A stretch of 64,000 bases of DNA from Promethearchaeota archaeon (GCA_019058365.1 JAHPZE010000003.1:259448-323447); one strand, 5' to 3'; positions 10,155-20,879 are shown, counted from the stretch's first letter. The notes: generated from the sequence alone by a model not told the origin. Numbers and translations are program-made.

Positions 10155-11633
10155 ATGGCTCGTGGATATCTATTAACTTTAAAAATTATCAATCTTGCTA
10201 TATTTTCTTGGTTATTTATTATCTTTTTAACATCAATTTTTGATTTCAATGAAGTAGTTAGCACTGCTGATAATCAATTAGTTATATTAGCCTTTTTTGG
10301 GGCAATACGCAATATTTTTTCTTATATAATTTTTGGTGGGGGTATGGTTATAGCCTTCGCATGTGCTGTATTTACAGGATTTTATAACGGGTATATCTTT
10401 GGTCTAATTCAAGGTTTTTTTCAAAAATATTTAATTTCATGGTTTTCATTTGATCTAGAGCATATTCGGGAGCTATTAGGCAATGATACATTCCTATTAC
10501 AAAATCTAGGATTACAACATATTCCTAAGTTAATAATGGGCGAAACTCAAGTATTATTTAGTGATCTCTATTTATTTATCTTTCAGATTCTGATCCTTAT
10601 TTCAATTATATATGCAATTAGAGCATTTTTAAAAAACGATCCAAAGCATTCGCTTGTTGCCATTGGATCAATAGTCCTTATGATTATTGTTCCTTTAATG
10701 GTGGAAGGCTTAAGAAAAATGTTGAATTTAATCAATATTCATATTACTTATTTAGATGAAATGGTTAACCCAGTCAACCCTAGTTTAACTGAAATACCAC
10801 TCGATGAATTTTTTGCGTTTATAGCTAGTCCTGCTATCTCATTTGCTATCGTCTCTTACATTTATTTAGAACTTGCGTTCCAGATTAATTATACTGATAC
10901 TGTAACAAAACCCTCTTTAGAAAGAAGTGATAGACTCGAAGCTCAGTTAAATATTCTCTCAAGAGAATCATACTTTATTACAGCTAATATTGATAAAATA
11001 AAGCAAGAAGCTAAAGAAAGAATCAAGGAATTGGAATCAGAACAAAAAGAAGGATTAGTCATCGGAAAATTTTTCGCAAAGACAGGCAAACGGTTTTCAT
11101 ATATAAAAGAAATGATAGAAAAGAAAAAATTAGAAGAAGAAGAAAAAAAATTAGTTACTGCTGCATCTAAAACAAGACGTCTGGGGAGGTATATAGATCG
11201 CCTTTTTCGAGAGGATTCTGAAGCTAAAGATACACTAACTGCAAGATCATCAGCCCCTAGGGCTCGAAATTTAGCAACATCTACAATAATCAACTTTATT
11301 TATCGTGTAGGTTTACTGTTAATTATAAGCTTCATTATTATACACCCCCACTGGTTTTTAAAAACAATATTACAATTACCTCCCGCAATTTCTGAAAGTG
11401 TTGTAATGTATTCTCCCGAAGTTATCATTATTTTACTAGGACCAATTATGGTGCTTTTTCCAGTAATTTCTAAATTAATTTCATTTATCAAACATAGAAA
11501 TTTAATAATTCGGTTACAACAAGAAGGGCGTATAAAAGAACTTTTAACATCTGTTGGAGACTATGTTAAAAAAGAAGAACTTGAAGCTCCAGTAGAGGAA
11601 GAAGCTGAAGCGGTTGCAACTGAATCTGCTTAA
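10155..11633 (+). CDS. Polytopic membrane protein with cytoplasmic coiled-coil loop, last gene of the MoxR operon
   Basis: 492 aa, about 7 hydrophobic segments, charged central region, 3 bp after the DUF58 stop. Confidence 0.6.
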   Translation: MARGYLLTLKIINLAIFSWLFIIFLTSIFDFNEVVSTADNQLVILAFFGAIRNIFSYIIFGGGMVIAFACAVFTGFYNGYIFGLIQGFFQKYLISWFSFDLEHIRELLGNDTFLLQNLGLQHIPKLIMGETQVLFSDLYLFIFQILILISIIYAIRAFLKNDPKHSLVAIGSIVLMIIVPLMVEGLRKMLNLINIHITYLDEMVNPVNPSLTEIPLDEFFAFIASPAISFAIVSYIYLELAFQINYTDTVTKPSLERSDRLEAQLNILSRESYFITANIDKIKQEAKERIKELESEQKEGLVIGKFFAKTGKRFSYIKEMIEKKKLEEEEKKLVTAASKTRRLGRYIDRLFREDSEAKDTLTARSSAPRARNLATSTIINFIYRVGLLLIISFIIIHPHWFLKTILQLPPAISESVVMYSPEVIIILLGPIMVLFPVISKLISFIKHRNLIIRLQQEGRIKELLTSVGDYVKKEELEAPVEEEAEAVATESA

Positions 11634-11647
11634 ATACAATTGATTTT

Positions 11648-12583
11648 TTAAATTTTTAAATTTATTACAAATTGAGCTAATTCAATCTTTTTTCTTAAAT
11701 TACTCATTATTGTATCATAAAAGTAAGCCTTGATTCCTAATTCTTCGATTTTTGGTTTTAAATCACAGTCTCTATTATCTATAATAAAATGACCTAAAAA
11801 ATCTTTATATAATCTAGCAATACCTACACATGAAACCTCCAAACCAATATTTTTCATCATTTTATCTGCTGGCCCTTTAACTGATGCTCCTTCTATAATT
11901 GGGCTTATTGCAAAAACTTTATCCTTAACCTGGGAAAGAGTTTTCTTAATTCCTTTTACTTGTAGAATAGTTCCTATTGACACAATAGGATTTGAGGGGC
12001 AGATTATGACTTTTTCAGCGTTTTGTATATATTTTAATATACCCTTAACTGGTACTGCCTCTTCAATTCCTTTAAATTCTACTTTTAAAATCTCTGGTTT
12101 ACAGCGATATTTAATAAAAAATTCTTCGAAATGCATTGTTCCTGAGGGTGTAGTTATATATGTTTCAACAGATTCATTACACATAGGCAAAACATGAGAT
12201 TTAACTCCTAAATTTTTACATATCAAATTAGTTATCTCTGCTTTATTATAACCTTGATTGAATAAATCCGTCCGATAGATATGTGTAGCTAAATCTTTAT
12301 CACCCGCATTAAACCATCCTGTATCATAATAATTCTTCAAAGAACTTAAACAATTAAAAGTTTCATGTGCAAATCCCCATCCTTTTTCCTCATCCACTAA
12401 ACTTGCTAATGTATAAGTTATAATATCTAAATCAGGACAAATTTTGAGTCCAAATAATTCAATATCATCACCAGTATTTACAATAATCTTAAGAACTTCG
12501 GGTTTGACCACTTTTGCTAACCCTTTAATTAATTTTGCACCTCCGATACCTCCTGCTAATATTACAATATAATTTTCACTCAT
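11648..12583 (-). CDS. cofD: 2-phospho-L-lactate / PEP transferase (CofD/FbiA)
   Basis: LAGGIGGAK, VNTGDD, ICPDLD, GDKDLATH, PSNPIVSI, GPADKMM; probable start MSENY at 12583. Confidence 0.92.
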   Translation of the reverse strand: MSENYIVILAGGIGGAKLIKGLAKVVKPEVLKIIVNTGDDIELFGLKICPDLDIITYTLASLVDEEKGWGFAHETFNCLSSLKNYYDTGWFNAGDKDLATHIYRTDLFNQGYNKAEITNLICKNLGVKSHVLPMCNESVETYITTPSGTMHFEEFFIKYRCKPEILKVEFKGIEEAVPVKGILKYIQNAEKVIICPSNPIVSIGTILQVKGIKKTLSQVKDKVFAISPIIEGASVKGPADKMMKNIGLEVSCVGIARLYKDFLGHFIIDNRDCDLKPKIEELGIKAYFYDTIMSNLRKKIELAQFVINLKI

Positions 12584-12587
12584 AGTA

Positions 12588-14006
12588 TTAATCCAATATT
12601 CTCGGTTCATATATTATTTCTTTCAAATCTTTGCGATTTGGAGCTTTTACAGCTTTAAGAGGGTATCCAACCGTAAAAAATACCATTGGAATATAAGATT
12701 TAGGAAGTTTTAGAGACTCTTTTACAATATCTTTGGCAAACAATGGAGCACAATACCAGCACGCTGCTAATTTTTTTGTTTCAAAGGCAAGGAGTAGATA
12801 GGTCGCTGAGCTACTAATACTCTGTACACCTAAAAATAATTCATTATGTGTTCTTTCAGTATCTTCGTACTTTTCTAATTCTTTCTGATCTAAACATAAT
12901 AAAATTAAAAAAGGCGCCTTCAAAAACGTATTTCTCGTTTTTTCAATTTTTCCTTTAATGACTTCTTCACCATTTCCATCTTTCAGTAAATCATATCTTA
13001 ATTTTTCATTCATTTTATCTACTAGCCTTTCACGTAGCATACCTTTCTGTAATATAATATACCTCCAAAATTGCCCATTGTGGGCACTTGGAGCCCAACG
13101 CGCAAGTTCAATGCATTCTTCAATAACTTTTTTATCTACATCTTTGGATGCAAAATCAAATTTGTAGCTTCTTCGATTTTTGAGTATTTCTAGAAATTTT
13201 TCATCTTTTGGACTTCTAAATAAATCAATTTCCTTCTTTCGTAAAATAGATTTAATTTTAGACTTTTCATTAAATTGAAAATTATATCCTCTTATTAACA
13301 CAATTGGAATCCCCTCATCTGATTCACCCATGACTAACTGTGCTGCTGCAGCTAGACTATCAACTTGACCAATGATGGTTGTTTGGAGTTCATATCCAAA
13401 TAAATCTTTCTTACCTCGCATATCTAAAATTGGATCTATCCCTGAAACTCCAATAGCAGTTCCTATAGCTCCTATTCTAAAAGCTCTTCCGAAGGAATCG
13501 GAAATAATTACTGCAATTTCCTTATTGGTTTTATTTTTTAGTGTAATTCTAATTTTCTCAGCATCGATATCTGGATTTTTTGGTAATAAGGTTATAATTC
13601 CTTTTTCACCCACATTAGATTTATCTATTCCCGCATCAGCACAGATAAACCCGTGTTTTGTTTCAGTTATTAAAACATGCTCACTTCTTATTATATTCTT
13701 TGACTCATCTAAAATGGCTTGGATTAATTTAGGATCCTTCTCAGGCAATCCTAAACTTCTAATACTTGGAGCTATATGTTTGTAGATTTCAACAGCTCTC
13801 TCACTTGGATTGATCTTATTTAAATTTCTGATTCGTCCATTACTTTTTGATATTATTGATTGAGCTATTATAATAATATCTCGATCTTCTAAAGAAATCT
13901 CATTCTTATTTAAAGCTTCTATTATTATATCTGTGATTTTATCTCCCTTTTTTATTAATGGAATTCCTCTTAACCCTATAATTTTAATTTCTTCTTTAAA
14001 ATTCAT
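12588..14006 (-). CDS. cofE: Coenzyme F420-0:L-glutamate ligase fused to C-terminal nitroreductase domain (FbiB-like)
   Basis: AGIDKSN, ISDSFGRAFRIG, MGESDEGIP; C-terminal RRSYK...APSAHNGQFW nitroreductase motif. Confidence 0.9.
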   Translation of the reverse strand: MNFKEEIKIIGLRGIPLIKKGDKITDIIIEALNKNEISLEDRDIIIIAQSIISKSNGRIRNLNKINPSERAVEIYKHIAPSIRSLGLPEKDPKLIQAILDESKNIIRSEHVLITETKHGFICADAGIDKSNVGEKGIITLLPKNPDIDAEKIRITLKNKTNKEIAVIISDSFGRAFRIGAIGTAIGVSGIDPILDMRGKKDLFGYELQTTIIGQVDSLAAAAQLVMGESDEGIPIVLIRGYNFQFNEKSKIKSILRKKEIDLFRSPKDEKFLEILKNRRSYKFDFASKDVDKKVIEECIELARWAPSAHNGQFWRYIILQKGMLRERLVDKMNEKLRYDLLKDGNGEEVIKGKIEKTRNTFLKAPFLILLCLDQKELEKYEDTERTHNELFLGVQSISSSATYLLLAFETKKLAACWYCAPLFAKDIVKESLKLPKSYIPMVFFTVGYPLKAVKAPNRKDLKEIIYEPRILD

Positions 14007-14018
14007 AATAGATCCACT

Positions 14019-15074
14019 TTAGAGATTTATATATCTTTTTATCTCCACTTTATTACTTTTAGCTAAATTTTCAAATTTTTCAGGAATTGCACAACAAGCA
14101 GAAAAAAACTTGAATTGGATTTCAGGATTGTTGTTTTTTAACCATTGTAAAGAGGCTTTAGAAGGAATTTCGATTCTTGTTATACCTGCTTTAATTGCAT
14201 ATTTTTCAACCTTATTTTTTATGTTTCCACGAGGTCTCATGCATCCCAATGAAATTTCTGTTTTAGGAAAAATAAATCTTAATAAAGCTATAATTTTTGC
14301 AATATCTTCCGGTTTTGGAGTATCAAACTTTATCTTAGAATTTTTGGGAGGAATTAACACAATAACAACTATCAAAGATGGATTAATTTCGGTTTCTTTA
14401 ATAAATTTGATAGAATCTAATTCTTTTTTGAGTTTTCCATAATGCAAACCAACACAAATATGAGGAACAATGTTTAATTTATATTTTTTTAATAAATCAA
14501 TTGCTCTTGAATATTCACTTAATTCTATATCTAAATGATAAATATTTCTTATAACTTCTTCATCCATATTAACATCAAAAGATACGATATCAACATTAGC
14601 ATCAGCGAGTTTCTTTGCAGTTTCTTGATCTAACAACCCAGTATGTGTATTAATAATTAAATTTGTTTCTTTCTTTACTTTTTTAATTGTATCTAAAAAA
14701 TTTAATATTGGTACTGAGCCATCATACCTACTTCCCCCCGAAATTAACGCCCCCACCCCATTATTTTTAGAAAGAAATATTAATATTTGTTCCAAATTTC
14801 TATTATCTACTACCTGTTTCATTCCTTTCAAATATTTCTTATTACAATGTTCACACTCTAGAGCGCATTCACTCCCTGTTATACTAATAGCAGGAAATCT
14901 CTTAGTTGGATTATATATTTTTAAAAGATTTCCAAAATTCTTCTTGGTAATATTTTGAGCTAAAACTAAAAATGGTTCTAACTCTTTATACCCTATATTT
15001 ATAAATTGTGAATAATCAGGCCATATAGCATTTCCAGATTCTATTTTCTCTAATAATTCCTGTAATTTATTCAT
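14019..15074 (-). CDS. lipS1: Radical SAM lipoyl synthase subunit LipS1
   Basis: CALECEHC, GCMR motif and C-terminal CC motif; clustered with a lipoate ligase. Confidence 0.8.
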   Translation of the reverse strand: MNKLQELLEKIESGNAIWPDYSQFINIGYKELEPFLVLAQNITKKNFGNLLKIYNPTKRFPAISITGSECALECEHCNKKYLKGMKQVVDNRNLEQILIFLSKNNGVGALISGGSRYDGSVPILNFLDTIKKVKKETNLIINTHTGLLDQETAKKLADANVDIVSFDVNMDEEVIRNIYHLDIELSEYSRAIDLLKKYKLNIVPHICVGLHYGKLKKELDSIKFIKETEINPSLIVVIVLIPPKNSKIKFDTPKPEDIAKIIALLRFIFPKTEISLGCMRPRGNIKNKVEKYAIKAGITRIEIPSKASLQWLKNNNPEIQFKFFSACCAIPEKFENLAKSNKVEIKRYINL

Positions 15075-15846
15075 ATTTTTTTAACCATTTCTTATTCGAA
15101 TATTTATCCTTTACCAATTTTTTTGCTAAATTTTTTTCATTATCAGAAAAAGTCCCTTCCTTTAATTCAATTCCTAAGGATTTTTGAAAACCGTGTTTTA
15201 ATGAATTTATCATCTCCTCTTCGTCATAACTTTGCATTTGATTTTTAATCCCAATACATTTAGCTCTTACAGATTTTACCATCCGAGATTTACCTACATT
15301 CTCAGGTGCCTTTAACACAGAATACATCAGATCTGGCTCAATGTCTAATAAAATAGTGCCATGTTGAAGAATATATCCTTTCTTTCTGATTTGTGCGTTC
15401 CCAGAGAATTTTTTTCCATCTAATAGAATTGCCGGGCAATGAATAACATCTTTTTCTGGTTTTAAACCATAAATATTTAATCCAATAATTATACCTCGTG
15501 TAATAATCTCAAATTGATCTAAAACCTTATTAGCACCTAAATTCTCGAGAAATTTAATAGGACAGACAATTGAATATGTAATTTCTCTAAATTCATCGTG
15601 AAAAACAGCACCCCCTCCAGTAATACGTCTTACAATATTAAATCCTTTCTCTTTTACGAATTGAAGATCAATTTCATTCGATAGACTCTGATTTCTCCCA
15701 ATACTTGCTGTTGAGGGTTTCCATTTATAAAATCTTAATGTGTTTGGAGATTTCTTCTCAATTGCCATTTTTAAAATCGCCTCATCTAAGCTCATATTCC
15801 AGAAACCATTTTTAACTTCTAATGGTAAAAATCTCCACACATTCAT
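15067..15846 (-). CDS. lplA: Lipoate-protein ligase / octanoyltransferase catalytic domain
   Basis: NMSLDEA, VRRITGGGAVFHD, KKFSGNAQ, LQHGTIL. Confidence 0.88.
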   Translation of the reverse strand: MNVWRFLPLEVKNGFWNMSLDEAILKMAIEKKSPNTLRFYKWKPSTASIGRNQSLSNEIDLQFVKEKGFNIVRRITGGGAVFHDEFREITYSIVCPIKFLENLGANKVLDQFEIITRGIIIGLNIYGLKPEKDVIHCPAILLDGKKFSGNAQIRKKGYILQHGTILLDIEPDLMYSVLKAPENVGKSRMVKSVRAKCIGIKNQMQSYDEEEMINSLKHGFQKSLGIELKEGTFSDNEKNLAKKLVKDKYSNKKWLKKYE

Positions 15847-15862
15847 TTTTTCTATTAATTTC

Positions 15863-16873
15863 TTAATTTACAAATTTGTACAACAATTCATATATTTCCA
15901 ATTTTTCTTTTTCTGTTAATTTTCGGGGGTAATTATAGATAGGACCTGATGGTTTAGATGTATAGAAAGGACGGTTACATCCTGGACATCCTGAAGTTAA
16001 AAAAGCATTTGTATTATTAATGATCATATTTAGTTCTTTTTTCCTCATATTAATTTTTATTATCTCTCCTTTTCTATTAAATGTAAAATCATTTAACTGT
16101 TTCTCATTATTGATGATAAGAAATCTTCCTAATTGCAATTTTCTAAAATTTAGAAGGGTAGGTTGATTCAAATTTTCAAACCTTGTACCTTCTATAGGCG
16201 TAAAAGCAAATAAGGATATGATAATACCTAAATTATTTAACCTTTTGATAAGTTCAATTACATCTTTTTCAGATTCTCCTAACCCGATAATGATATGAGT
16301 ACTTACATATCCAGGGGAAAAAATATCCAAGGCTTCATCCAACTTCTGAAAATGTTCTTCCCACTTATAAGGGCCTTCAACATTACTCCCTTTAATTTTT
16401 TCAAAAACTTCAGATGTAGCACCATCTAACGCAATTCCTATTCTTTGAACACCTCTGTTTTTTAATTCTATCAATTTTTCTTTTGTCAGAGGTGGAATGG
16501 CAACGGATATTGGGATATCAGTATAAGGCCTGATCTGAGTTAAAATTTCTATTAAATCGTTAAAATTTTCTGGATAATTAAGAGTTTGAATGCAAATCCG
16601 TTTGAATTTTTTTGAAAATGGCATATATTTTAGTTTTGTTAGAAAATCCTTAAAGGAAAATATTGGCCAGTTAACTCGAGAAAGTTTTTCTATAGAACTT
16701 TTTGATGATCTAGCTTGAGGACAAAAACCACAATTCGCCATACAATGTCCTTTCTTGAATGTCATAATATAACATGTAGTTGGAGGATTTTTGAATTGAG
16801 CTAATCCCCCTAAGCCTAAAACAGAAGCGCTTCCCACAGATATTCTTATTTTTTCTATTGTCACTAATCTCAC
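15863..16873 (-). CDS. lipS2: Radical SAM lipoyl synthase subunit LipS2
   Basis: CMANCGFC and TSGCPGCNRPF motif. Confidence 0.82.
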   Translation of the reverse strand: MRLVTIEKIRISVGSASVLGLGGLAQFKNPPTTCYIMTFKKGHCMANCGFCPQARSSKSSIEKLSRVNWPIFSFKDFLTKLKYMPFSKKFKRICIQTLNYPENFNDLIEILTQIRPYTDIPISVAIPPLTKEKLIELKNRGVQRIGIALDGATSEVFEKIKGSNVEGPYKWEEHFQKLDEALDIFSPGYVSTHIIIGLGESEKDVIELIKRLNNLGIIISLFAFTPIEGTRFENLNQPTLLNFRKLQLGRFLIINNEKQLNDFTFNRKGEIIKINMRKKELNMIINNTNAFLTSGCPGCNRPFYTSKPSGPIYNYPRKLTEKEKLEIYELLYKFVN

Positions 16874-17061
16874 TAGTAAGTTGGTAAAATTAAGTTTTAC
16901 TGCTTCGGTTAATAATTTTTATAGTGATAATATTTATAGCTATTTTAACAAATATCAAGATTTGCCAATTATAAATAACTACATAAAAAATTTATTGAAT
17001 CAATTATTAAAATATTAAATATTATGCATATACCCCAATTTTAGAAAAGTGTTATAATTCT

Positions 17062-19851
17062 ATGGTTGAGTATGACGCGCAAAAAATAGAAAAGAAATGG
17101 CAACAAAAATGGGAAGAAGACAAAATCTTTGAAGTCAAAGTGGATCGAAAGAAAAAAAAATATTACGTATTAGAGATGTATCCATATCCTTCTGGTAAAC
17201 TCCATATGGGGCACCTTAGAAATTACACTATCGGAGATTGCTATGCCAGGTTTAAAAGGATGAATGGGTTCAATGTACTTTACCCAATGGGTTATGATTC
17301 CTTTGGAATGCCAGCAGAAAATGCAGCAATAGATCATGGTGCTAATCCAGAAGAATGGACCAATAAAAATATAAATACAATGAAAAACCAGCAAAAAAGG
17401 ATTGGGCTTTCATATGATTGGACAAGAGAAATATATAGTCATAATCCTAACTTTTATAAATGGGACCAATGGTTTTTTTTGCAGATGCTAGAAAAGGGAT
17501 TAGCATATAGACAAGAAAGTTATGTCAATTGGTGCCCAAAATGTGTTACAGTTTTAGCTAACGAACAGGCTCAAGGAGGAAGATGCTGGAGATGCAACTC
17601 TCTCGTTGATCAAAAGTTTTTAACACAATGGTTCCTAAAAATAAGAGATTACGCAGAGGAACTATTAGAGGGGTTAAACATTGTCGATTGGCCAGAGAAA
17701 GTTCAAGTTATGCAACAAAACTGGATTGGAAAATCTGAAGGGACCATCATTAAATTCCCAATTGTTGGAGAGGATAAAACTATAGATATATTTACAACAA
17801 GACCTGATACACTTTTTGGAGTTACATTTATGGTTTTTGCTCCAGAACATCCTTGGGTTCGTGAATGGGTGATAAAAACTGAATATGAGAAATCTTTCCA
17901 AAAAATTTATGATGATGTAATGCATCAAGATAAATTTAAAAGATCCTCCATTGAAATAGAGAAAAAGGGGCTATTTATCGGAAAATATGCCATAAATCCG
18001 ATTAACAATGAAGAAGTACCTATATATATTGGCAATTTCGTTATTTATGAATATGGTGCTGGTGCTGTTATGGCAGTACCTGCACATGATCAAAGAGATT
18101 TTGAGTTCGCTAAAGAATATGATATTCCCATAAAAATTGTTATTCAACCACATGATTACGAATTAAATGTTATCAAAATGAAAAGAGCCTATGAGAGTGA
18201 TGGGATTCTCGTAAATTCAGAGGAATTCAATGGTATGGAAAATCGATCTGCAATCAATATAATAACTGAAAAATTAGAAGAAATCAATATGGGACATGCA
18301 ACGATAAATTATAAACTTAGAGATTGGGGAATTTCACGTCAGCGTTATTGGGGGTGCCCAATTCCTGTTATATATTGTGAAGAATGTGGTATGCTCCCAG
18401 TACCATATAAAGACTTACCTGTTTATTTACCAAAAGATGTTTCATTTACCAAGACAGGTAATCCATTAGAAACAAGTGAAAGTTTTCTTAACACTCAATG
18501 TCCTAAATGTGGTAATAACGCAAAGCGAGAGACAGATACAATGGATACTTTTATAGATAGTTCTTGGTATTTCTTTGCTTATTGTGATCCTCCCTCTGCC
18601 GAATCAAATATACCTTATACTAAAGCTAAAGTAAATTATTGGGGTAATGTCGATCAGTATATTGGAGGTATAGAACATGCAGTTATGCACCTAATTTATG
18701 CTAGATTTTTTACAAAAGTAGCTCGAGATCTAGGTCTTCACAAATTTGATGAGCCTTTTCAATCTTTACTCACCCAAGGAATGATTAATAAAGCTCATCC
18801 CTTCTGTACTAACTGTAATACTTTCCTTATGAAGGCTGATTTAAATCAAATGAAGTGTAGAAAATGTGGAAGTATAGATCTTATTCAAAAGTCAGTAAAG
18901 ATGAGTAAAAGTTATGGAAATACCGTAAATCCGGAAGATATAATTGAGAAATATGGAGCAGATGCAGCAAGATTTTTTATTTTATTTGGAGCAAGCCCAT
19001 CATCGGGATTAGAATGGTCTGAAGAGGGTGTTGATTATGCTAATAAATTTATTAGAAACATATTTACATTGTTAACTGAACCTCCTAAAAATAAACATGA
19101 AAATCCAACAACAAGAGATACATTGATCCAGTACTATTTAAATAAAATAATTAAAGAATTCACAGAAAACATGAAGAAGCTCGCAATAAGGAATGCTGTT
19201 AATAATTTGATACAATTTTCATCAGAGTTTGGAAAATACAAAAATGAGGGGATTATTAGCGAGATTTTCGAAGAATGTAAGGAAAAATTACTTTTATTAC
19301 TTCACCCTATAGCTCCTCATATGACAGAAGAAATTTGGGAAATAAGTGGTAGAAAAGGATACTTGAGCTTAGCATCATGGCCTTCCTATGATGATAAACT
19401 ACTTACTCAAGAATCTGATTATAAATGGAAATTACTGAATAATATCTTAGCAGATATTAATAACATAAAAATAGTGATGAAAAAAGATACTATGGATAAA
19501 ATCTCAATAATTATTGCCGATCAGTGGAAATCAAAGTTTTATAATAAACTAATGTTGTTATTAGAAGATACTAAGAACCAGGGAGAAATTATGAAAAAAT
19601 TAATGCAAAATAATGAATTAAAAATACATGGAAAATATGTCAGTTATACAGTTAGTAAAATTATGAAAAATATAGGAAAATATCAAAAATTTACACTCCC
19701 ATCTGAAGATGAGTATATTTTTTTTAATGAAATAAAGTCAATAATTGAGAATAAGTTCCAATCTAAAGTAAACATTAATTTTGAAAAAGATTCAATTGAA
19801 CAAAAAGCAGCCCATGCACTCCCAGGTAAGCCAGCAATCATTATTTCCTAA
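17062..19851 (+). CDS. leuS: Leucine--tRNA ligase, bacterial-type core
   Basis: MYPYPSGKLHMGH, FTTRPDT editing motif, GAVMAVPAHDQRD, YIGGIEHA, KMSKS. Confidence 0.97.
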   Translation: MVEYDAQKIEKKWQQKWEEDKIFEVKVDRKKKKYYVLEMYPYPSGKLHMGHLRNYTIGDCYARFKRMNGFNVLYPMGYDSFGMPAENAAIDHGANPEEWTNKNINTMKNQQKRIGLSYDWTREIYSHNPNFYKWDQWFFLQMLEKGLAYRQESYVNWCPKCVTVLANEQAQGGRCWRCNSLVDQKFLTQWFLKIRDYAEELLEGLNIVDWPEKVQVMQQNWIGKSEGTIIKFPIVGEDKTIDIFTTRPDTLFGVTFMVFAPEHPWVREWVIKTEYEKSFQKIYDDVMHQDKFKRSSIEIEKKGLFIGKYAINPINNEEVPIYIGNFVIYEYGAGAVMAVPAHDQRDFEFAKEYDIPIKIVIQPHDYELNVIKMKRAYESDGILVNSEEFNGMENRSAINIITEKLEEINMGHATINYKLRDWGISRQRYWGCPIPVIYCEECGMLPVPYKDLPVYLPKDVSFTKTGNPLETSESFLNTQCPKCGNNAKRETDTMDTFIDSSWYFFAYCDPPSAESNIPYTKAKVNYWGNVDQYIGGIEHAVMHLIYARFFTKVARDLGLHKFDEPFQSLLTQGMINKAHPFCTNCNTFLMKADLNQMKCRKCGSIDLIQKSVKMSKSYGNTVNPEDIIEKYGADAARFFILFGASPSSGLEWSEEGVDYANKFIRNIFTLLTEPPKNKHENPTTRDTLIQYYLNKIIKEFTENMKKLAIRNAVNNLIQFSSEFGKYKNEGIISEIFEECKEKLLLLLHPIAPHMTEEIWEISGRKGYLSLASWPSYDDKLLTQESDYKWKLLNNILADINNIKIVMKKDTMDKISIIIADQWKSKFYNKLMLLLEDTKNQGEIMKKLMQNNELKIHGKYVSYTVSKIMKNIGKYQKFTLPSEDEYIFFNEIKSIIENKFQSKVNINFEKDSIEQKAAHALPGKPAIIIS

Positions 19852-20009
19852 TTTTTTATATTATTATCGTATTAAAGTATGAAAAAGAATCAATTTCTAC
19901 AAGGTTTTATTAACTTTAGATTAAATAAATTATTATTAATTTGAATATATTAAAATTTGAAAAAAAAGCGCTAAATTAATTTCCAAATATAAAAATCATT
20001 TTAAAACAA

Positions 20010-20879
20010 ATGACAATATACGAACTCAGTATTATTTCTACTACAGGATTCCCTTATTATAACACAATTATTAAAGCTGTACCGGAAGGTGTAAAACTCT
20101 TTCTTAGATTTTTTGATTTTTCAAAAAACATGCCTATCCTTCAAGATCAATTAGATTTTGATTCAAAATTCGACCTTACAGCAGGACTTATATCTGCATT
20201 ATTTGAATTTGCTCGAAATATCGATAAAAAAATAGAAGTACTTGAGTTTAAATCTAAAAAAGAAAGACAGACATCTAAAAAAATAGATAAAAGAAAAAAT
20301 TTTCAAGGAGATGTATTAATTACAGCACAAACAGAAACTTTTTTATTACACAAATCTGTTAGAGAAAAGATAAAACTCATCTATTATAATTTTATAAATT
20401 CTAAGACTCCTCTTGATTCTGCTGATAATATCCATAAAAGTGAAGAAAATAAAATCGTAGATATTTTAACAGATTCAATTGCGCGACAAATAATATCAAA
20501 ACATAAAATTGATATTAAACGCTTAGCAAATGATTTTTTGAGTGATATGAAAGATTATGGTTTATGGGGGATTTGCATAGCCTCATTTGACCTTTCCCCT
20601 ATTATCACTTTTGGAAAAAAATATTCATTAGAGAATGTTTACCATATTTTAAGACATATTGGATATATTCCTGAAATAACTCCCTTGGAATGGATTTATA
20701 GACAATCATTTTTCTCCGAAGAACCAATTCAAGTATGTATTATTAAATCGGATATTGGAGCCACGATTGAAAATAGTTTATTTGAGCCCTTCTTTTATTT
20801 ACTTTTTGCTGATCCCCAGAGTTATTTTGGTGAATTCCCAGCAAAGCTTACTTCCGCTTTTAATAAAATTCTTGGTTAA
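20010..20879 (+). CDS. Hypothetical protein, possibly longin-like N-terminal domain
   Basis: IYELSIISTTGFP beta start and LTAGLISALFEFA helix resemble longin domains. Confidence 0.45.
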   Translation: MTIYELSIISTTGFPYYNTIIKAVPEGVKLFLRFFDFSKNMPILQDQLDFDSKFDLTAGLISALFEFARNIDKKIEVLEFKSKKERQTSKKIDKRKNFQGDVLITAQTETFLLHKSVREKIKLIYYNFINSKTPLDSADNIHKSEENKIVDILTDSIARQIISKHKIDIKRLANDFLSDMKDYGLWGICIASFDLSPIITFGKKYSLENVYHILRHIGYIPEITPLEWIYRQSFFSEEPIQVCIIKSDIGATIENSLFEPFFYLLFADPQSYFGEFPAKLTSAFNKILG

